DNA of 60,524 bases, counting the filler, from Theionarchaea archaeon (lineage in GTDB: Archaea > Methanobacteriota_B > Thermococci > Methanofastidiosales > SZ-28-30), in the NCBI GenBank assembly GCA_018992565.1. It is 5 parts of 5 records of this genome, joined end to end, with 100 filler letters (N's around TTAATTAATTAA, not from the genome) between each part and the next. Parts side by side here need not be neighbours in the genome. Positions count along the whole stretch, not along the records: positions 1 to 23,587 come from JACVGW010000039.1; 4 more parts are not named here. One strand, given 5' to 3'. A program made the position numbers and the translations under genes. Positions 1 to 8,377 of this stretch are shown here, one piece after another (the first letter of the stretch is position 1; each line of letters starts with the position of its first letter). The notes under the pieces were generated by a model that saw only the letters and a list, made by a program, of their open reading frames with translations, was not told the DNA's origin and searched no databases.

Positions 1-86
1 GCCCCTGCCGGGATTCGAACCCGGGTTTCAGGCTTACTCCGACTTTTCTCCGGAGGCCTGTGTCATATCCACTAGACGACAGGGGC
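1..86 (-). tRNA. tRNA-Arg(CCG) with 15-nt intron at 37/38 (intron 35..49)
   Basis: Reverse complement folds with GCCCCTG/CAGGGGC acceptor stem, CCGGG-TTCGAAT-CCCGG T-arm and CAGGC/GCCTG anticodon stem. BHB motif: CTCC/GGAG helix with GGA and TAA bulges. 3' end is at the window edge. Confidence 0.95.
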
Positions 87-90
87 ATTA

Positions 91-654
91 TCATGATTTT
101 ACCATTAACAACCCCAAGATATCTGACCTGCTTATAATCCCCACTGGTTTCCCAATTTCTTCAACAACCACTACGTTGTTCTCTTTCAACAAGGAGAATA
201 CAGATTCCAGACTCTCATTCTTGCTGACTGATGGCAGGGGGTCATCCATGACTTCATACACCCTCATTGTCCTGAACTTTTCCATCCTTCTGACATCAAT
301 TCTCTTTATCAAAGACTTCTCTATGACGCACCCCACTATTCTCTCTCTCCTGGTGACTGGTATCTGAGAAATATCATTCCGGCTCATCAATCGTATGGCG
401 TTCTCAACAACATCATTGGCATCAATAGATATGATAGGATAGACCATGACATCATATGCTTTCTTGAACCCTTCCTCCATGCTCTCTAGGGAATCCACAA
501 TTTTCTGATATGTTGAAAGCTTAGGATCCGCCTGTCCTGTCTCCAGTTTAGCAATGTACGCCTGTGATACACCCGCTTTCTCAGCTAGCTGTTCCTGAGT
601 AATACCCAATCTCTTACGCATCCGCTTCAACTCAGAGAGTTCTACATTCCTCAC
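91..654 (-). CDS. XRE-type HTH + CBS-pair transcriptional regulator
   Basis: N-terminal GITQEQLAEKAGVSQAYIAKLETG HTH followed by two CBS domains (ISQIPV, GIISRSDIL). Confidence 0.9.
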   Translation of the reverse strand: MRNVELSELKRMRKRLGITQEQLAEKAGVSQAYIAKLETGQADPKLSTYQKIVDSLESMEEGFKKAYDVMVYPIISIDANDVVENAIRLMSRNDISQIPVTRRERIVGCVIEKSLIKRIDVRRMEKFRTMRVYEVMDDPLPSVSKNESLESVFSLLKENNVVVVEEIGKPVGIISRSDILGLLMVKS

Positions 655-817
655 AGTTATGAAATTACGTAATATTATAAATATGTTTCGTTTCGTAGCC
701 GTTTAGCAGAGAACCATCTCTCGCAATTCTTCGTTTGTGGCTTCAACTATTCCTCCTAGTTATATTTTGACCGAAAGATATAAATAGTCCCCCTTTGAAA
801 CGAGAGGTGGTGATCCG

Positions 818-2014
818 GTGAATATCACTGTCGAATCGTTATCAAGGCTACCATTAGAAGAACAGGATATTGAAATTGTAGAGAGAAAGGGAATAGGACA
901 TCCAGACTCGATTTGTGACGGAATTGCTGAATCTGTCTCCCGATCTCTTTCTCGGTGCTACATTGAAGAGTGCGGCAGAATACTCCATCACAACACTGAT
1001 CAGGTGGAGCTGGTAGGAGGAAAGTCTAATCCGGTCTTCGGAGGAGGAGAAATCTTGCAGCCCATGTACCTGCTGCTGTCAGGCAGGGCTACCATGCACT
1101 TCAACGACGGAAAGCAGAGGACACTTCCTACCCATAGAATAGCAATTGAAGCAGCCAGACAGTACTTGGAAACAAATCTTCCTAATTGTGATGTGGATTC
1201 CCACATTACCATTGATTCCAGAATGGGTGAAGGGTCTGTGGATTTGAGAGAGAATTTTGAAGAGAACCAGGTCATACCTCGAGCTAATGATACCTCTTTT
1301 GGAGTGTCTTTTGCTCCTTTTACAGAGACGGAGAAACTGGTTTACAATGCAGAACGCTTCCTGAATTCCATCGACTTCAAGAAGAGATTCCCCATGCTGG
1401 GAGAGGACATAAAAATAATGGGACTTCGCATCAAGGATGAGATCCAGCTGACGGTTGCAGCTGCTTTTATTTCCTCTCGAGTGGATACACGTCAGGAATA
1501 CGAACGACTCAAGACAGAAATCAAGGAAGAGATCATTGATGAGTTTGATGAGCAATGCAACAGGAAGTTGAAAGTAGACATCAATACTGCAGACACTGGT
1601 CATTCGGCCTACCTGACTGTCACGGGGACTTCATCTGAGATGGGAGATGACGGCTCTGTGGGAAGAGGAAATAGAGCAAATGGGCTCATTACACCATACC
1701 GCCCCATGTCAATGGAAGCTACTGCAGGTAAGAATCCTGTTTCTCACGTAGGAAAGATATATAATCTGCTGGCCCGGAGAATTGCTGAAGAGGTGGCAGA
1801 GCTCGAGGAAATTGCCGAAGTCCAGATCTACTTGCTTTCACAGATTGGACATCCCATAAATGACCCTGCTGAAGCATGTGCTCGCTTGGTTACCAGGGAT
1901 CGCACACATACTGACGAGCTGGAATCTGAAATCAAGGAGATCATGAGCAGAAACATCAAGAATGTGACCCAGATTACCGATCTGGTAGTTGAGGGAAGCC
2001 TGGACGTATTCTAG
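818..2014 (+). CDS. mat: Archaeal S-adenosylmethionine synthetase
   Basis: [25 protein letters not shown] and [14 protein letters not shown] motifs. GGTGA SD precedes the GTG start. Confidence 0.97.
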   Translation: MNITVESLSRLPLEEQDIEIVERKGIGHPDSICDGIAESVSRSLSRCYIEECGRILHHNTDQVELVGGKSNPVFGGGEILQPMYLLLSGRATMHFNDGKQRTLPTHRIAIEAARQYLETNLPNCDVDSHITIDSRMGEGSVDLRENFEENQVIPRANDTSFGVSFAPFTETEKLVYNAERFLNSIDFKKRFPMLGEDIKIMGLRIKDEIQLTVAAAFISSRVDTRQEYERLKTEIKEEIIDEFDEQCNRKLKVDINTADTGHSAYLTVTGTSSEMGDDGSVGRGNRANGLITPYRPMSMEATAGKNPVSHVGKIYNLLARRIAEEVAELEEIAEVQIYLLSQIGHPINDPAEACARLVTRDRTHTDELESEIKEIMSRNIKNVTQITDLVVEGSLDVF

Positions 2015-2541
2015 ACCTTCTTCAGAAATGCATTCTCGACCATGTCCAGCAAAGCATACAAGTTCTGGTTAATTTGTGGTAGGTACCGCTCAGATATCAG
2101 CAGAAAGAGCATACCCGAGCCAATTGCAAGTCCTCCAGAGAAAACGTCGTGAGCAAGTACCCAGGGGACATTCTGTTCCAGGAGGTAGTAAACTGCACCT
2201 ATCCTTCCAATGTTTACCGTGACAACAGCGGCTGTACCTGCCACAGCGAAGATCACCCTTCGCTTTACCTCCGCTTTGGCGGCCACAATCATGCCAATGA
2301 AGAGTGCTGCGACTTCCACGGCTGTGCAATCGATGGAAATGTACAGGTATTCTATATAATAATGTCCGTTCTGCTCGTACCATGAGGCTTTCATTCCCAG
2401 CAGAGTCACAACCTGAGTCGTAATCTGGGAGGTGATCCTTTCCATGGGAAGAAGAGTGGCCACCACATATACCACGGCCGCACATACCCCAGCTCTCACC
2501 ACATACTGCACTGGCTCACTCCGAAACCTGCTCAATTCCAT
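2011..2541 (-). CDS. Exosortase/archaeosortase family transpeptidase
   Basis: Multi-TM protein with ISIDCTA (Cys), NIGRI (Arg) and AHD (His) in the spacing typical of the family. Start placed at MELSRF. Confidence 0.8.
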   Translation of the reverse strand: MELSRFRSEPVQYVVRAGVCAAVVYVVATLLPMERITSQITTQVVTLLGMKASWYEQNGHYYIEYLYISIDCTAVEVAALFIGMIVAAKAEVKRRVIFAVAGTAAVVTVNIGRIGAVYYLLEQNVPWVLAHDVFSGGLAIGSGMLFLLISERYLPQINQNLYALLDMVENAFLKKV

Positions 2542-3778
2542 CCTTGATCCTCTTTTCTTTATATTCTTCAATAATCGTCTTCAATTGCTTTTCCTTCTGT
2601 TTAGCTTCGACAATTTCCTGCGCCATTTTCCACTGATTGAACTCAGACTCGAAATCTTCCCTGGAGATAACGCCAAAATTGCCCAGGACTTTCAGAGGTA
2701 TCTCCCTCTCTGAGATGACTGGTATTTTTGCCCTGGTAAATTCCTCCTCTGCAAGATGGGACATTCTTTCCTTGCTGATGATAGCTCTTACTCCTTTCTC
2801 CATGAGTTCCCGCGCAGTGGTGGCTCCTCCTCCAGAGGGATCCTGAAGGTAGATAATGTCCCCTTCTTTTATGGTAAACCTGTCATCCAGCGCCCTTATC
2901 TCTTCCTTGGAAAACCGGGGCAGCACCTTGACTGGAAGTGCTTTCTGGGAATATTCCAGAGTTCTCATTTCTTTGAGGATTTCATTCTCCTGAGAGAGCA
3001 GTCTTGCTTTCTCTCTTTCTATTTTCAATTCCTCTCCCAATTTCTTGATGTGAGATTCCTTGCTCTTAATGGCCTGGGATTCCAGGACTTCCTTCCTGGA
3101 TTTGCGATCATACAGCCTGAGATTCTGCTGGGCATCTTCCAGCTGCTGGCGCAGATTCTGATTTTCCTGCTCAAGTTCTGTCCGATACTCTGTGAGGCGT
3201 TCCACTGTATGCGTCAGATCTGCCACCTTCTTCTGAAGCAACTCTGCAGAATGCTTCTGAGCAGGTTCTGGCTCTGCAGTAAGAGGTAGTTCTTGGGGAG
3301 GTGATTCAGGCTGTGAAATCTTCTCTTCTACCATTGAAATTGCTCTTTCCACCGGATATCCTCTCAAGACGAGAGATTTGATCATTTCCGAATGCTCTTC
3401 CATGTTTTTTTCATGCAGTCGGGCATCTATATTGTCGAACTTCGCCTTATGGTGCTCGAGGGCTTTCAAGGCGGCAGCCAGAGCATCTCTTTGATGAAAG
3501 TTCTTGAAATCGTAGTTCCTGGTCAATTCGTTTTTCTCATCTACGGATAGATCAGAAGGAGGTATGTGCAGTTTGCAGTCAAAAGAGTGGCACAATTTGT
3601 CTACTGTCTGGGGTGCCGGATTAACATCAGTGGCTATAATACAGGGCGATCCATATTCAGAAATGAAGCTGATAATGTCCTGGAGAGAGAAATTCTTTCC
3701 AGAATAAAGTGAGATAACTTCCCCTCCTAATGTGAGAACAGCAACTGCAGCTGTTGTTCCTGGATCAACTCCTGCCAC
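2516..3778 (-). CDS. DUF460 domain protein (RNase H-like N-terminus, coiled coil)
   Basis: GVDPGTTAAVAVL, IIATDV and HQRDALAAA motifs followed by a long coiled coil. Confidence 0.85.
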   Translation of the reverse strand: MAGVDPGTTAAVAVLTLGGEVISLYSGKNFSLQDIISFISEYGSPCIIATDVNPAPQTVDKLCHSFDCKLHIPPSDLSVDEKNELTRNYDFKNFHQRDALAAALKALEHHKAKFDNIDARLHEKNMEEHSEMIKSLVLRGYPVERAISMVEEKISQPESPPQELPLTAEPEPAQKHSAELLQKKVADLTHTVERLTEYRTELEQENQNLRQQLEDAQQNLRLYDRKSRKEVLESQAIKSKESHIKKLGEELKIEREKARLLSQENEILKEMRTLEYSQKALPVKVLPRFSKEEIRALDDRFTIKEGDIIYLQDPSGGGATTARELMEKGVRAIISKERMSHLAEEEFTRAKIPVISEREIPLKVLGNFGVISREDFESEFNQWKMAQEIVEAKQKEKQLKTIIEEYKEKRIKDGIEQVSE

Positions 3779-3973
3779 GATATATATTCAATCACCTAGT
3801 ATCAGGTTCATTGACAGTGCCCTGGAAATCTCATACGATATGCAGGGGTGTCAAGATTCCTTCTGGAATACGTACCTATATATGTAGTGATTTATGAATG
3901 TTTTCATTGCAATTACAGGAGACGGTCAGCTGAAGGATTACATTGGTTTTTGTTGCCATCTACCATCCTGTCT

Positions 3974-4322
3974 TCAGGTGAATGCAGATGCCAGCTTCAT
4001 CAATGCACTCATATCTCCTTCAATGCGAATTTTTCCCTGCATCATCGCCATCATGGCGTTAAGCTCCTTTTTCATGATACCATCAATCACATCCACAGTA
4101 GTATATACTGAAATGTCTGCTGAATCGTCTTTCTCCGGGAGCGGCTTCTTGTTCAGTTCCTCCACTGTGCCATCTTCGCCAACTTTAATGAGGTAGGCTT
4201 TCTCCACATCTTCCAGGCAGAGCTGAAACGTCTTCCTCTGTCCTTTGTTGGAATCTGCCATGCTGTTCAGCTTTTCTTTGAACTTCTCCATGAGAGAATC
4301 AGCATATTCTTCCTTATCCATT
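3974..4322 (-). CDS. SCP2 sterol/lipid-binding domain protein
   Basis: ADISV...LNAMMAMMQGKIRIEGDMSALMKL SCP2 signature. GGTGA SD precedes MDKEE (start approximate). Confidence 0.85.
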
Positions 4323-4639
4323 GGATCACCTTCTGATGTACCTTCAATGCATTCCATATATAAGGTTTCTCACTCATTACCCCTGCTGCTTACTGGAGAC
4401 CTGCCCATCGATGGAGGTCTCTCTTCTGGAAATCTTCAAGAAAAAAAAAGAAAGGAAGCTGGATCTCGGAACGGATTTACCTGACATGCTGGCCCGAGGC
4501 TCATGGGCCACCACAACCTATACCTTTATAATATTGGCGTATCTATCAATATTGCGGTCACGGATTCACGCACAATTTGACAACCAGTATAAACATAAGT
4601 CGGCCTATATATGGTAAAAATGCGTGGAAAGGATGAATC

Positions 4640-5737
4640 ATGGATTCGAGATTAAGAATCAATGAAAAAGAAGCCAGAATGCTGAACCTAATTGGCAGAG
4701 ATGCCAGTTTATCCCATGGGGAGATTGCGAAGATGGTACGGTACAGAAGAGTGACTACTGTTTCTAAAAAGCTAAAAAAGTTCAAGGAAAAGAATATTCT
4801 ACGAGGACCATACTATGATTTGAACCTCGCTGGCGTTGGTGAGAATCAGATCTACAATGTGTATTCCACGATATCTTTTGCTCCTGAAGACATTGACTTT
4901 ATCTTCCAGGTTCTCAAGGAGATTCCGGGGATCAGGTGGATATTTCCGTCTACCGATTTGGATAGGTTTTTTGCCTATTTCCAGGTCAATCACTACAAGC
5001 ACATTGGAGGGCTCTTGAAGGCACTTCATAGGAAGAGGTTAATACAGTACAGCCTCTTCTCCTCACGGTTTAAATGGTTGAAGAGAAATCCAGATTTCTT
5101 TGGTAGCTCGGTCTCCTCTTCGGAGAACTTGCTTGCAGATTGCAGATTGCCTGACATCTCATACCAGAAAGTTCCTCCGTCAACAAAGTGGAATGAAACA
5201 GACCTGACTGTTATGCAGTACCTGCAGGTTCAGTCCGACAGTCCGATGGAGATAGCCAGACAGGAGTACTCACAGCATAGAAACCTCTTAACCTACAACC
5301 AAATCAAGTACAGTATCCAGAAAATAAGAAACTACGGTATCATCGAATCAGTTGACTATCATATCGCCCCTCTGCCCCGGGAAAAGTGTTTTACTGTGCT
5401 TCTCCTATTATCAGCAGAGAAGAGAGGGACCATTCTGCGGATAATGGAGAATTTCGGGAAAGGGTGCAGACTTCACAAAACCTGCACGCTGGCGGGAAGA
5501 ACAGGGCTCATGTTCTTGTGGATCATGCCTGAGGCTGCCACGAACCTTCTGAGCACATTTGATGATATCGATGGACTGCGGTGCAGGATGTACTTCCTAC
5601 GGAGCCACGACAGTGCATATCTGTGCAGTTTTTCCTTTGAGTCTTCTACATTCAACACTGACGAACAGAGATGGGAGTATCCATATCACGAAACTCAGAA
5701 GAAGATAGAAGATCGGATAAAAAAAAGGGAAAGGTGA
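4640..5737 (+). CDS. wHTH/Lrp-AsnC-like transcriptional regulator, paralog A
   Basis: N-terminal HTH (DASLSHGEIAKMV...TVSKKLKKF) and a second HTH-like segment (ETDLTVMQYL). Clear paralog of 6081..7181. Confidence 0.7.
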   Translation: MDSRLRINEKEARMLNLIGRDASLSHGEIAKMVRYRRVTTVSKKLKKFKEKNILRGPYYDLNLAGVGENQIYNVYSTISFAPEDIDFIFQVLKEIPGIRWIFPSTDLDRFFAYFQVNHYKHIGGLLKALHRKRLIQYSLFSSRFKWLKRNPDFFGSSVSSSENLLADCRLPDISYQKVPPSTKWNETDLTVMQYLQVQSDSPMEIARQEYSQHRNLLTYNQIKYSIQKIRNYGIIESVDYHIAPLPREKCFTVLLLLSAEKRGTILRIMENFGKGCRLHKTCTLAGRTGLMFLWIMPEAATNLLSTFDDIDGLRCRMYFLRSHDSAYLCSFSFESSTFNTDEQRWEYPYHETQKKIEDRIKKRER

Positions 5738-5745
5738 GAAAATGA

Positions 5746-5940
5746 CTACTTCGGATGCTCAGGATCACTCCCGGGAACTGAGTTCGGAGTAATCGGTAGA
5801 TTGCCGCCTTCGTAGTCCACCACCCAACTGATGAGTGGTGCAGTCCCACCCGCATGTGAGGCAACTCCAAGTGATATCCCCCCAAGGGTGCCAATTGTCA
5901 AGAGGGCGATCAGCACCATTGCCATTCTTGCTGACTTCAT
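5746..5940 (-). CDS. Small secreted Pro/Gly-rich peptide (64 aa)
   Basis: GGAGGT SD before ATG 5940. MKSARM + hydrophobic stretch + ASHA looks like a signal peptide. C-terminus is PITPNSVPGSDPEHPK. Confidence 0.75.
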   Translation of the reverse strand: MKSARMAMVLIALLTIGTLGGISLGVASHAGGTAPLISWVVDYEGGNLPITPNSVPGSDPEHPK

Positions 5941-6080
5941 TCCATAACCTCCATTTCTGGTATAGGCAGGAAAAGATAAATACAAATATTTTTTCCTGAG
6001 GAGGATTTAAAAAGATGGACAGCCATGTATACAATCAAGGGGAGAAACTGGATTGAAATCCCATAAAGGAACGGTCAAAC

Positions 6081-7181
6081 ATGTTTATCAACAAGGATAT
6101 TGGAAATATTGATAAGATTATCCTGAACAAGCTGGGAAAAAACGCAGATACTCCTATTACTGACCTTCTCACAAGCACTCAGTACAGAAGGAAGTCTTCT
6201 GTCTATAACAGAATTCGATACCTGAGAAGTGAAAAGTATCTCTTCGGTCCTTACTTTGATATTAACTACAATGCTATTGGCACGAATAAGCTGTATTCAG
6301 TTTTTGTGTTTGCTCACTACGATCCTCTGTACAGGGCCCCTGTCCTTGAGGCCCTGAAGGAGATCAATTGCTGGACGATGATTTATCCAGTAAGGACTGC
6401 TGATGCCTATTTGGGTATTTACCGGTGCAACAACTGGAACTATATTGCCACTCTCATCGGCCTCATGGATCGATGGGGATGGCTGAAAGAATACAGTGTT
6501 CACAAGTCCGAGCATCGCTGGGTTTTGACCAACCCTGATTTTTTTGGCCGTTTTATACCTCCTCCTGACTACCAGGTTACCCGGAAAGGTGAGCTTCCTC
6601 ATTTCCAGTATGAAGATGTCGAACCATGTATCGAATATACTGAGATTGATCTCACTGTCTTGAAGTACGTGTCCAGGAAAACGTGCCGGCTGACAGAAAT
6701 GCGAGATCTTGAATATCGCTATCATGGTGTGCAACTGAAATATCATGATCTCAAGCGAAGCTTTGATAAGTTGAGAGACAGCAATGTCCTTCTTGAAAAG
6801 AACTTCATCATTCTCCCTCTCCCTCTGGATATGTCTTCTCTCTTCTTTCTGATTACGCAGGGAAAAAACTTTGGATCACATCTGGACACTATTGCCGGAT
6901 TTGGAGAAGGATTACGACTACACAAGACGCTTATTGTGGTAGGAAAAGAGATAATTTCCTATTTTTTGGCACATCCGCTGCTTGAAGGAAAAATTCTTGG
7001 AATAATTGAAAATAACCTGGACAGTGCCAAACTCTACGGAATAAAGACATATCCTTCACATGAATTATCAATGCAATCTTTGAATGATAATTATTTTGAT
7101 GTGGAAAGCCAGAGATGGGTTTTTCCTTATTCTGAGTTCAAAGAAGGGCTGAAAGAAATAAAAGAAAAAAGAGGAGAGTAG
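6081..7181 (+). CDS. wHTH/Lrp-AsnC-like transcriptional regulator, paralog B
   Basis: Shares GPYxDxN, NPDFFG, DLTVxxY, PLP, FGxGxRLHKT and QRWxxPY motifs with 4640..5737. Confidence 0.7.
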   Translation: MFINKDIGNIDKIILNKLGKNADTPITDLLTSTQYRRKSSVYNRIRYLRSEKYLFGPYFDINYNAIGTNKLYSVFVFAHYDPLYRAPVLEALKEINCWTMIYPVRTADAYLGIYRCNNWNYIATLIGLMDRWGWLKEYSVHKSEHRWVLTNPDFFGRFIPPPDYQVTRKGELPHFQYEDVEPCIEYTEIDLTVLKYVSRKTCRLTEMRDLEYRYHGVQLKYHDLKRSFDKLRDSNVLLEKNFIILPLPLDMSSLFFLITQGKNFGSHLDTIAGFGEGLRLHKTLIVVGKEIISYFLAHPLLEGKILGIIENNLDSAKLYGIKTYPSHELSMQSLNDNYFDVESQRWVFPYSEFKEGLKEIKEKRGE

Positions 7182-7212
7182 TGTGGAACCAGGTCTCTGC
7201 CGCTGATTGTTC

Positions 7213-7308
7213 TCATCCCGGGTAGGGGACGTCTCCAGGCACAGGCCCTCCACAGGGGGCTGCCCAGGGAGCTTCGATGACGAGAGAGGGTGTGTATGTC
7301 CAACCCAT
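7213..7308 (-). CDS. Unannotated 31-aa peptide MGWTYTPSLVIEAPWAAPCGGPVPGDVPYPG
   Basis: GAGGTGA SD 5 nt before ATG and a TTTTAAG TATA-like element near 7364-7371. Tail resembles the 5746..5940 peptide. Confidence 0.65.
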   Translation of the reverse strand: MGWTYTPSLVIEAPWAAPCGGPVPGDVPYPG

Positions 7309-7383
7309 TTGAATCACCTCGTCATCTTATTATCCTTTTGGACTACATTATAGATTTCGTTTGTCTTAAAAGGTGATTTATTG

Positions 7384-7420
7384 TCTCAATGCATGAGAAA
7401 GGCAGTCTCGAAATCTGAGA
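7384..7420. promoter_or_regulatory. Two tandem palindromic sites TCTC(A/G)-N5-TGAGA
   Basis: tctca-atgca-tgaga (7384-7398) and tctcg-aaatc-tgaga (7406-7420), 22-bp period, just upstream of the peptide gene's promoter. Confidence 0.5.
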
Positions 7421-8002
7421 ATCAAAGAAGAGCAGAAATATTACCAAAACCAAGAGAGTGGGTTCTAGCTATGCAGAACCTCTTCCGTTCTCTGTGAGTA
7501 CTAAGGATTGAAAGATTCTGTAATCTACTGGCCCAGTACTCAAGAGCAAGGTGATTCGGTACGCTACCGGGGAAGAAAGAATGGAAAATCAAAAAAGAGT
7601 GAAAAATTTGAGAGTGCTGATACCCATTCAATTGGGCTCAGAAAATGGGGTGCTCCGGCTCTTGTGCCTGGCTACTTCATGGTCGAGTCACCCATGCTAC
7701 AAGAAAGAGCTGCTTTCCTTGGAGGTCTCTGCCCTCATCTCATTCCTGTCAACCTGGATGAGAGCGCTCGTGTGTGATCGGCCGGCGGTCCTTCTACTGC
7801 GTAGGTAGCTGCCAGAAGCATTCATGTCCACAATGATGGCTCATAGACTTGAGGGATGTCAGCTCCAAGAGAAAGACAGATACGAGAATGGGGTCGTCCA
7901 CAGCCTCCGCATTCTACAGGGATTCCAGAAGTATTCTCGAGCTCTTCTGTGACTTTCTCAGGCTCCAGCCCCCTGCAACCAAGATAAGGTTCTGAACATC
8001 AG

Positions 8003-8374
8003 TTAGGGCTGCTTCCCCAGAAAGAAATCCACAATCTCCGTGGCGAATTGAGGAGCGAATTTGTGACTCGCCAGAATTCTCTTCATCTCACGTCCAAGAG
8101 AACCATCATCATCTGGAGAGTCTATTGTCTCCCCCATCTCCAGAAAGATGATATAGAATGCATGAATAACAGACGGAGCCATGATAGAATCCTTCCCCCC
8201 AAATCTCACTATGGGGCCTTTTAGATCCAGATCTGGGCTCTCTGTTTTTTCCACGAATTCCTCGAAGATTTCCCAGGCAATGTCAAAGTACAGTGCTTCT
8301 TCTGGGTACTTCTTTTTCATGTACTCCTTTGAGCTCCTGTATATCTCATCCTTGTATGGTATTTCCATGACCAT
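8003..8374 (-). CDS. Hypothetical acidic helical protein
   Basis: 123-aa ORF starting 3 nt after the stop of the wHTH-TPR gene, with a G-rich SD. Confidence 0.65.
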   Translation of the reverse strand: MVMEIPYKDEIYRSSKEYMKKKYPEEALYFDIAWEIFEEFVEKTESPDLDLKGPIVRFGGKDSIMAPSVIHAFYIIFLEMGETIDSPDDDGSLGREMKRILASHKFAPQFATEIVDFFLGKQP

Positions 8375-8377
8375 AGT

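Noticed and set aside
3779..3797. Possible ATA start for the DUF460 gene (AGGTGA-N4-ATA at 3787)
   Set aside because: An in-frame GTG lies three codons downstream, so a non-canonical start is not required.
7500..7960. Short ORFs faintly like a decayed glutamine amidotransferase (C26) gene
   Set aside because: No catalytic motif is recognisable and the resemblance is too weak.
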